64,000 nucleotides of DNA from Planctomycetota bacterium (GTDB taxonomy: Bacteria > Planctomycetota > GCA-002687715). Each line of letters begins with the position of its first letter. Within the stretch, counting starts at the first letter, position 1. The position numbers were made by a program, and so were the translations under genes. Under the pieces are notes generated by a model that was not told where the DNA came from, made no database searches, and worked only from the letters and a program-made list of their open reading frames with translations. Below, piece after piece: positions 57,496-64,000 of the stretch. The DNA lies in NCBI GenBank assembly GCA_009691765.1, contig SIAO01000004.1, forward strand, positions 85,419 through 149,418, written 5' to 3'.

Positions 57496-59961
57496 TCAGA
57501 AGTTTGAGCCGAACGAGAACGAGATCAACTGCGTTTCATCCCCATCTTGCTTCAGAAGAGGAATGCCAAAGTCAATCGCAATGGGACGATCACCGAGGAA
57601 AGGTATCACGAGGCGCACACCCGCCCCAACGGAGACGCGCGGGCTGGTGATGTCAGCGGAACTCCAGCTTTCTGCGACGGAACCGGTGTCAACGAAGAGC
57701 ACACCGCGCAACGATTCTTCGGCAACGGGGAACAAGTACTCCGCACTGGCCAACCACATCGCTTTGCCACCAATCGGATCTTCGCCATCGTGCGGACCTG
57801 CGCCGCGGAAGCGAAAGCCACGGATGGTGCCGGAACCACCAGCGAACAAGCGGTCGAAGATGGGGACATCGCGGGTGTCGCCCAACTCCAGCGCATGTCC
57901 GATGGTGCCACTCAATTGCAGCACATGGGCACGCTCGTCGACGTTTTCGCCGAGACGGAAATAGCGATCCGCGCGCAGCGTGGTGGTGGCGTAGGAGAGC
58001 GCACCCCACAGTCCGGCGTACTTCGCCGTGGCGGAGAGTTCATAGCCAGTGGTGGGATCGAGCAAGTTGTCGACGCGGCGCAAGCGAGATGCCAATTGCA
58101 CCGAAGCCACTTCGTTGCGCCCTTCGAAATCGAAGGCCAACTGCGGCGCGCCAACGCCAATTCCAGAAACATCGGCGACCTCATCACGCAAAGTGAGGTC
58201 GACGCGGAAGTCATCGCCGAATTCGCGGCCCACGGTGAAGGCCAAACCTTCGTGCCCTTCTTGCCAGTCTTCGCGCAGCCACTCGGTGAGATAGAGCTCG
58301 CCAGTGAGAGACCACTGCGAATCAAAGGCGCGTTGATCGCCCCACAGCACGCGCCCACGCGTGACCACGGTGCCAGGCTGAAAACTCAAGATGAAGATCT
58401 GACCGCCGCCGGTGAAGGACTCGAGCGTTTCTCCAAAGGACTCGGGCGTGTCCAGCGGATCGAAGTTGGTCTTGGTCCAAGTGACGTCGCCGATAAACCC
58501 GGCATTGGTTGAAACACCGATAGCGAAGCGCAGTGCGCCCGTGTCAGTTTCCTGCACATCCACCACAATGTCTTGCACGTTTTCGCGCTTGGTATCTCGC
58601 AGTTGCACGTAGGCGTCGCGATAAATTTGAAAGTCTTCGAAGGGGATTTCTGGCGTTTCGAACGTCACCCCCGCTTGCGGCGACCAATAGCGTAATGAAC
58701 GGATCTTCTGTTCAGAACGACGCAGCTTCTGAAGATTCAGTGGATCACCGGTGAACAACTCGATTTCGCGACGGATGATTCTGTCTTGCGTTTCGACGTT
58801 ACCGCGAATCTCGATCTCGCCGACATGCACCAGCTCGCCTTCAGCGATCGCGATCAAGACGTCGACTTGATCACTGTCGAGATCAATCGTGCTCTTGTCG
58901 CTTGCGAGCGCATTGATGTGCCCAATCTCCTGATAACGCTCCGTGAGATTGCGCAGGTCGCGCCCGAGGTCGCCGTCGGTTCCGGTCGCATATGCAGCCC
59001 CAATCTGTGTGCGCATGGCGCCGCGCAATTCGGTTGCATCGAACAGTGTGACGCCTTCAAGCGTCACCGAGCGCACGCTGTACAAGCGCCCTTCTTCCAC
59101 CAAGATCATCAAGTCCACGCGTTCGTGGTCTGGCGTCGGAACCCACTCCATCAGCGTGGCGCGCGCGTCGAGATGCCCCTGCCCACGCATCCAAGCGCTG
59201 ATGCCGACCACATCGCGGCGCACTTGTTCCAGCACAAACTCCTTGCTGCTCCAGAAACCGGGTTCAGCGCACCACAACATCTGCTCGAGCAATTGATCTT
59301 TGTTGAAAGCCACAAGGCCTTCAAAGATCACTTCGCGAACCTTCACTTTCACGCCTTCGATGATGTTGAAGAGCACGATGTCGCCGCTGCGTTCGGTTTC
59401 CTTCACGAAGCGCACGCTGACGTAATGGAACCCCCGCTCGCGGTACCACCGTTCCAGTTCTTGACGGTCCAGTTCCAGCGTGAAATCGTCCACCAGATTG
59501 CCTGCACGCGTGCGAATGATTGGCAAGAACTCATCGCGTCCGAATTCGAGTGCGCCGAGAAAGACGAGCCCCATCACACGCCGATTTTCTTCACCTTGCA
59601 GCGTGATCACCACACCACCGGATGCATCGAGCGTCGCGAGCACGCTTGGAATCACCGCGAACAGCTTGGGCAAACGCGCTGCGGGCTCAACAGGCTTCGG
59701 ACGATTCGGATCGACAGGTGCTGGATCTTGCCAGCCAGAGAGTCGCCGCACATCGCGATCCAGTGCTTCACGCGCAAAGGGTGCGCCGACCTTGACAGTC
59801 ATCACCGCCATCACAGCGTCGGGTGTGAGTGTGCGCAGACCCTCAAAACGAATGGAATGCACAGGCTTGCCTTCGAGCTCTTGCCCGTCACCTTGAGCGA
59901 ACACCACGCTCGGGACGAGACACAACAGCAGGCACATTGCCATTCGAAGCAGGTTCGACAT
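57496..59961 (-). CDS. bamA: outer membrane protein assembly factor BamA
   Basis: Signal peptide (MSNLLRMAMCLLLCLVPSVVFA), POTRA repeats and a C-terminal beta-barrel ending in F. ATG at 59961; the track ORF extends to 60120. Confidence 0.9.
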   Translation of the reverse strand: MSNLLRMAMCLLLCLVPSVVFAQGDGQELEGKPVHSIRFEGLRTLTPDAVMAVMTVKVGAPFAREALDRDVRRLSGWQDPAPVDPNRPKPVEPAARLPKLFAVIPSVLATLDASGGVVITLQGEENRRVMGLVFLGALEFGRDEFLPIIRTRAGNLVDDFTLELDRQELERWYRERGFHYVSVRFVKETERSGDIVLFNIIEGVKVKVREVIFEGLVAFNKDQLLEQMLWCAEPGFWSSKEFVLEQVRRDVVGISAWMRGQGHLDARATLMEWVPTPDHERVDLMILVEEGRLYSVRSVTLEGVTLFDATELRGAMRTQIGAAYATGTDGDLGRDLRNLTERYQEIGHINALASDKSTIDLDSDQVDVLIAIAEGELVHVGEIEIRGNVETQDRIIRREIELFTGDPLNLQKLRRSEQKIRSLRYWSPQAGVTFETPEIPFEDFQIYRDAYVQLRDTKRENVQDIVVDVQETDTGALRFAIGVSTNAGFIGDVTWTKTNFDPLDTPESFGETLESFTGGGQIFILSFQPGTVVTRGRVLWGDQRAFDSQWSLTGELYLTEWLREDWQEGHEGLAFTVGREFGDDFRVDLTLRDEVADVSGIGVGAPQLAFDFEGRNEVASVQLASRLRRVDNLLDPTTGYELSATAKYAGLWGALSYATTTLRADRYFRLGENVDERAHVLQLSGTIGHALELGDTRDVPIFDRLFAGGSGTIRGFRFRGAGPHDGEDPIGGKAMWLASAEYLFPVAEESLRGVLFVDTGSVAESWSSADITSPRVSVGAGVRLVIPFLGDRPIAIDFGIPLLKQDGDETQLISFSFGSNF

Positions 59962-60016
59962 GCGGTTCTCCAGCGGACAGAGAGTCAAAGGTCGCGGCAT
60001 AACTCTGTAAAGGGGC

Positions 60017-61348
60017 TCAATTCTCTGGGCCGCCATCTGCGGCATTCTCAAAGCGCAGGCGCGCAGGGAAAAACTGCAATTCCACCTTGCCGGTTGGGCC
60101 GTTGCGGTGCTTAGCCACAAGAACTTCCGTCAAGCTGCCTTCGTTGCTCGGCGTGAGATCGCCTTTGTAATAGTCCTCGCGGTACAGAAACATGATCACG
60201 TCTGCATCCTGCTCAATAGCGCCAGATTCGCGCAAGTCAGACAAGCGCGGGCGGTGATCTTCGCGGCTATCCACAGCGCGATTCAACTGAGACAGCGCGA
60301 CGACACAGCACTTCAACTCGCGCGCAAGTTCTTTCAGCCCGCGCGAAATCTGCGCGATTTCCTGTTGGCGATTCTCTGCCGCTGGAGGCGGCGCCACCAT
60401 TTGCAAGTAATCCACGATCAAGAGGTCGAGGCCTCCCAGTTGACGCGCAAGCCGCCGTGCCTTGGTGCGGATGCCCATCGGCGTCAACGCCGCCGATGCG
60501 TCCACGTGGAAGCGTGCGCTGCCCAAGCGTGATGCCGCATCGGAGAGCTTGGCCCAATCGCGTTCAGACAGCGTGCCCTTGTTGATGCGTGTGGCTTCAA
60601 CGCGCGCTTGAGCGCACACCAAATTCTGCACGATCTGCTCTTCTGAAACTTCGAGCGAGATGAACAACGCTCGAGTCTTCTGCTCGGCGAGACACGCGTT
60701 CAACGCAATGTTCAAAGCAAACGTGGTCTTACCCATGCTGGGACGCGCCGCGATGACCACGAGGTCGCCACGCTGCAATCCGTTGGTCATGGCGTTCAGC
60801 TTGTAATAGCCCGTGTCCACGCCGGTCACCGCACCGCGACTCTCGGAGAGTTTCTCAATGCGATCGAATGTGCTTTGCAGCAATTCACCGACGTGAAAAG
60901 TGCCCTTGGCGTTTTCGTTTTCGCCGATGGCGAAGACGCGCGCTTCCGCATCGTCAAGAATCTCCGTGACTGGCGCAGACGAGCTCAAGGCTTGCTGGCG
61001 CACATGATCGCCAATCTCCGCCAACTGCCGCCGCAGAGATTTTTCACGAACGATCTTTGCGTAATGTGGCGCGTGCAGCGCTGAAGGCAAAAGCTCGAGC
61101 AATTGGCCAAGGAACGGACGTCCGCCCATCGCGGCCAAGCGGCCTTGCGATTCGAGCTCGGCAGCCAAAGTGACGGCGTCGAGCGGCACACTACGCGCGT
61201 GCAAATCCACGATGACCCGAAAGAGCACTGCGTGATTTTCGTGGAAGAAATCGTCGGCAGTGATGATGCTGAGCACATCATCGAGCATCTTGGGGTCGAT
61301 GAGTACCGCACCGAGAACGCTCATCTCGGCGTCGACACTCTGCGGCAT
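60017..61348 (-). CDS. dnaB: replicative DNA helicase
   Basis: DnaB N-terminal domain, Walker A GKT and RecA-like C-terminal domain; no intein. Start MPQSVDAEMSVLGAVL. Confidence 0.9.
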   Translation of the reverse strand: MPQSVDAEMSVLGAVLIDPKMLDDVLSIITADDFFHENHAVLFRVIVDLHARSVPLDAVTLAAELESQGRLAAMGGRPFLGQLLELLPSALHAPHYAKIVREKSLRRQLAEIGDHVRQQALSSSAPVTEILDDAEARVFAIGENENAKGTFHVGELLQSTFDRIEKLSESRGAVTGVDTGYYKLNAMTNGLQRGDLVVIAARPSMGKTTFALNIALNACLAEQKTRALFISLEVSEEQIVQNLVCAQARVEATRINKGTLSERDWAKLSDAASRLGSARFHVDASAALTPMGIRTKARRLARQLGGLDLLIVDYLQMVAPPPAAENRQQEIAQISRGLKELARELKCCVVALSQLNRAVDSREDHRPRLSDLRESGAIEQDADVIMFLYREDYYKGDLTPSNEGSLTEVLVAKHRNGPTGKVELQFFPARLRFENAADGGPEN

Positions 61349-61445
61349 GACAACTTTGAGCGCGTCTTCCGCCACGCAACCCCTCCCAGAGTGCACACAC
61401 TCTGCGGAGCCGAGTTACTGGCCCCGCAGGCTGTTTTCCAACCCG

Positions 61446-61949
61446 TCAGACTGCAGACGTCGGAGCTTCGGGCGTTTCCTGCCCTGGCACCCAATCGCCG
61501 CGCCCTTCGGCACGAACCTTCAAGGTCATGCTCACCTGCACGGAATCGTGCAGCACCAAGGAAATCGCGTGGTCGCCCACGAGCTTCACTGGGCCAGCAA
61601 GTTTGAAGACGCGAGCCTCGAGCGGGAAGCCCTTGGCGGCCGACGCCTCGACGATCTCACGCACTCCGATGGAGCCGTAAAGATTGCCAGCTTCGGAAGC
61701 CTTCGCCACGAGGGTGACTTCGAAACCCGCGAGCCGTGCCGCAAGTTCTTGAAGTTCCGCGAGTAACTTGGCTTCTTCGGCCAGCCACTGTGCGCGGACC
61801 TTTTCGATGCGGCGCACGTTGTCCGCCGTGGCGGACACAGCCGCTCCGGTGGGAATGAGGAAGTTGCGGGCATAGCCCTCGCGAACGCGCACTTTCATGC
61901 CGCGCTTGCCGAGATGGTCAATGTCCCTCACAAGTAGCAGTTCAACCAT
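61446..61949 (-). CDS. rplI: 50S ribosomal protein L9
   Basis: MVELLLVRDIDHLGKRG...GYARNFLIP. Confidence 0.9.
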   Translation of the reverse strand: MVELLLVRDIDHLGKRGMKVRVREGYARNFLIPTGAAVSATADNVRRIEKVRAQWLAEEAKLLAELQELAARLAGFEVTLVAKASEAGNLYGSIGVREIVEASAAKGFPLEARVFKLAGPVKLVGDHAISLVLHDSVQVSMTLKVRAEGRGDWVPGQETPEAPTSAV

Positions 61950-61959
61950 GGGTGCCTCC

Positions 61960-62292
61960 TCAGCCTACGTAGGACAACAGCGCGAGAAAGCGCGCCCGCT
62001 TAACTGCGTACTTGATGGCCTTCTGATGGCGCGGGCAGCCGCTGGAACGCTTGCGCGAAACCAACTTGCCCTGACCAGTGACCATGCGTTGCAGCAGGTC
62101 GAGGTTCTTGTAGTCGATGCCCACAGCGGGATCGAGGCGTGTATCTGCCGGTTCGGTCGGCACAGGTGCGCCTTCCACGGGCTTCGGCTTCTTCAGTGCA
62201 GCGCAGAACCTGCAGGGCAGGCGCTCCGTGAACTTCTTCAGCTTGTTTTTCTTCTTCCGGCGCTCTTTGAGTTTGTTTTTGATGCCTGGCAT
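61960..62292 (-). CDS. rpsR: 30S ribosomal protein S18 (N-terminally extended)
   Basis: IDYKNLDLLQRMVTGQGKLVSRKRSGCPRHQKAIKYAVKRARFLALL. Confidence 0.85.
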   Translation of the reverse strand: MPGIKNKLKERRKKKNKLKKFTERLPCRFCAALKKPKPVEGAPVPTEPADTRLDPAVGIDYKNLDLLQRMVTGQGKLVSRKRSSGCPRHQKAIKYAVKRARFLALLSYVG

Positions 62293-62303
62293 GTGTGTCT
62301 CCT

Positions 62304-62780
62304 TCAGTTGCCGGAATCGAATCGTTCGGAATCACCGCGCGAATCGTCGTCGTAACGCTCGCGGTAACCACCGCGGCGCTCGCCACCACCGCCACCTTCG
62401 TCCCACGACTCATCGTCGCGACGACGCGGCTCACGCCGTGGGCGGAGTGCATCGATTTCGGCGAAGTTACGCCACATGGGGAACTCTTCTACGCGCACAA
62501 CGAGCGCACGCATGACGTCTTCGCTGATATTCACAGCGTGACTGAGACCTGCGACGGAAGTGGGCGGAGCTTCAAAGTGCGCGAGGATGTACGTCGCGCG
62601 CTTCTGGTCCTTGATGGGGTACGCGAGCTTGCGTTCGTCCCACAAATCCACTTTGACCGGCTGGCCGTGGTGCTTTTGGATGAGGCCGGTCACGAGTTGC
62701 GTGCCGCCTCCATTTTCAGCGTTCACCTTGCTGTTGTGCAAGACAAACATGCCTTCGTATTTACAGAGCTTTGCAGACAC
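62304..62780 (-). CDS. rpsF: 30S ribosomal protein S6 with acidic/RG-rich C-terminal tail
   Basis: KYEGMFVL...DLWDERKLAYPI matches the S6 N-terminus. Start uncertain: GTG at 62780 or 62813, or ATG at 62750. Confidence 0.8.
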   Translation of the reverse strand: MSAKLCKYEGMFVLHNSKVNAENGGGTQLVTGLIQKHHGQPVKVDLWDERKLAYPIKDQKRATYILAHFEAPPTSVAGLSHAVNISEDVMRALVVRVEEFPMWRNFAEIDALRPRREPRRRDDESWDEGGGGGERRGGYRERYDDDSRGDSERFDSGN

Positions 62781-62861
62781 GCAAGACCCTCCATGGGCCT
62801 GGTCGCCTCCCACGGTCGCGTGGCCCGCTGCAGGGATTCCCGCAGACCTTCGGACAACGCG

Positions 62862-62886
62862 GCCCCTGAAATTCTGCTTCAGGGGC
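62862..62886 (-). promoter_or_regulatory. stable hairpin in the rpsF 5' UTR (candidate S6:S18 autoregulatory leader)
   Basis: Perfect 9-bp inverted repeat gcccctgaa/ttcaggggc with a 7-nt loop, 50-80 nt upstream of the rpsF start. A second imperfect hairpin lies at 62828-62846. No U-run follows. Confidence 0.4.
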
Positions 62887-62944
62887 GAGCGGCGACACCT
62901 CGCACTTCCCGCATCACGCTGGTCTTAGACCAGCAGGATGCAGG

Positions 62945-63595
62945 CTATTTCTTGTCCTTGCCCTTCTCAGGAGCAGCCGCGTCTTCAACGGGCTTCTTCT
63001 CCGTGAGCACCACTGGCTCGGTGGGTGCGCCCTCAACAGGCGTTTCCACAATAATGGACTTGTAGTGGTAACTGACCAACGTCTTGTGCGGCGGATCCGC
63101 CAACGTGACGCCAGCAGGCAGCACAATGTCCTTGGCTTCAACGTGCCCGCCAACCTTCAAATCCGCGATGTTGCACGTGAGTGCACCAGGGATTTCGCGC
63201 GGCAAACACGAAATGTGGATGTCACGGTTGATGAACTCAAGCAGTGCACCAGTGACCGGGATTGGAGGATTAAGGAACTCAACGGCCACGTTCAAGACGA
63301 CGGGCTTCTTGTCGTCCACGCGCATGAAGTCGAGGTGCACGATCTTGTCACCGAGCGAGTTGAAACCGATGTCCTTCAGCAGGCACATCTGAGTCTTGTC
63401 ACCCACTTTGAATTCAAACATGCGTGCGCCTTTGCGCAGCACCATGTCGAAAGCATGAGTCTCCAAGCTGATGTGACGCGATTCGCGCCCCAATCCGTAG
63501 AGCACTGCCGGAATTCGCCCGGCCTTGCGCATGCGTTTGCATTCTTGGGAACCCGTGATCTCACGGAACTCCACTGGCAACATCACGACTTCCAT
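62945..63595 (-). CDS. rplY: 50S ribosomal protein L25 / general stress protein Ctc
   Basis: LPVEFREITGS...RKAGRIPAVLYG plus the C-terminal Ctc-type domain. Confidence 0.85.
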   Translation of the reverse strand: MEVVMLPVEFREITGSQECKRMRKAGRIPAVLYGLGRESRHISLETHAFDMVLRKGARMFEFKVGDKTQMCLLKDIGFNSLGDKIVHLDFMRVDDKKPVVLNVAVEFLNPPIPVTGALLEFINRDIHISCLPREIPGALTCNIADLKVGGHVEAKDIVLPAGVTLADPPHKTLVSYHYKSIIVETPVEGAPTEPVVLTEKKPVEDAAAPEKGKDKK

Positions 63596-63625
63596 CGCTC
63601 CGCTCTCCTCAACACTCGGCGCCAC

Positions 63626-64000
63626 TCAAGAGTGACGCTGTTTCAACTTCTTGGCGAGCGGCCGTGCTGGCACACCCACCACTGTGGCGCCCTTGGGCAC
63701 ATTATGCCCGCGGGTCACCACCGCACCGGCGCCGGTCCGAGCTCCGTCACCCACCGTCACGGGGGCCACAAAGATCGTGCCAGCACCCACCGACACTCCG
63801 GCTCCGATGCGGGTTCGGTGCTTCACGACCCCGTCAAAGTTCGCCGTAATTGTCCCTGCACCCACATTCACATCTGCGCCAACTTCCGCGTCGCCGATGT
63901 AACTGAGATGCATTGCTTTGGCCCGTTGCCCAAGGCGGCTTGCCTTAACCTCGACGAAATTGCCCACACGAGCACCTTCTTCGAGCTGGGCCCCATCTCT
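63626..64000 (-). CDS. glmU: bifunctional GlmU (C-terminal acetyltransferase part; 5' part outside window)
   Basis: Hexapeptide Lb[29 protein letters not shown]. The reading frame stays open to the window edge. Confidence 0.8.
   Translation of the reverse strand, partial: RDGAQLEEGARVGNFVEVKASRLGQRAKAMHLSYIGDAEVGADVNVGAGTITANFDGVVKHRTRIGAGVSVGAGTIFVAPVTVGDGARTGAGAVVTRGHNVPKGATVVGVPARPLAKKLKQRHS

Noticed and set aside
55896-60114. Plus-strand ORFs 55896-57023, 57547-58512 and 58786-60114.
   Set aside because: They are antisense to lpxD, skp and bamA, which have unambiguous motif-level identities on the minus strand.
61388-61405. Palindrome cagagtgcacacactctg between rplI and dnaB.
   Set aside because: It is a short 7-bp stem with no U-run and no obvious link to a DnaA-box or terminator function. 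I noted it but could not assign a role.
1-64000. CRISPR arrays, IS elements and prophage genes.
   Set aside because: No clusters of short regularly spaced direct repeats and no transposase or phage structural genes were seen. Coding density is near-continuous.

Overview
This is a high-GC (~65%), gene-dense bacterial chromosomal window. The gene content (LpxC/FabZ fusion, DUF1080, pentapeptide and HEAT proteins, r-protein extensions, Ser/Thr kinase) suggests a Planctomycetota/Verrucomicrobiota-like Gram-negative. Nearly everything is on the minus strand, in long translationally coupled operons, many with ATGA-type start/stop overlaps.

In order along the window:
- A partial PilM/PilN-like fusion gene runs off the 5' edge.
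- A regulatory PTS cluster follows: truA, hpf, ptsN, a YvcK/CofD-like gene, ptsH, ptsI.
- Then a pentapeptide protein, a secreted esterase, smc, nrdR plus an unusual second ATP-cone protein, mnmE, yidC, a metallophosphoesterase, ogt and radC.
- An accessory-looking block: thioesterase, AsnB-like amidotransferase, GT4 glycosyltransferase, an orphan secreted protein, a Ser/Thr kinase coupled to a TPR/HExxH protein, a divergent orphan ClpB-D2-type AAA+ ATPase, asnS, a diheme cytochrome c, an SGNH hydrolase, a BatA-like protein and a DUF58 protein.
- The conserved operon xseA-xseB-ispA-dxs, preceded by three envelope hypotheticals and pabBC.
- xerC, prkA, then tRNA-Glu and tRNA-Lys flanking a tandem-DUF1080 gene.
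- frr-pyrH-tsf-rpsB, lpxB, lpxA, the lpxC/fabZ fusion, lpxD, skp, bamA, dnaB, rplI, rpsR, rpsF, rplY and a partial glmU running off the 3' edge.

No CRISPR array, IS element or prophage was recognised.

The most interesting candidates are the NrdR-coupled ATP-cone protein, the kinase / TPR-peptidase / ClpB-D2 module, the repeat-structured divergent promoter at ~29.85-29.97 kb, and the envelope trio upstream of xseA. The ORF track appears to translate GTG/TTG starts as M, so several first-M coordinates are alternative start codons; I refined starts where the sequence allowed.
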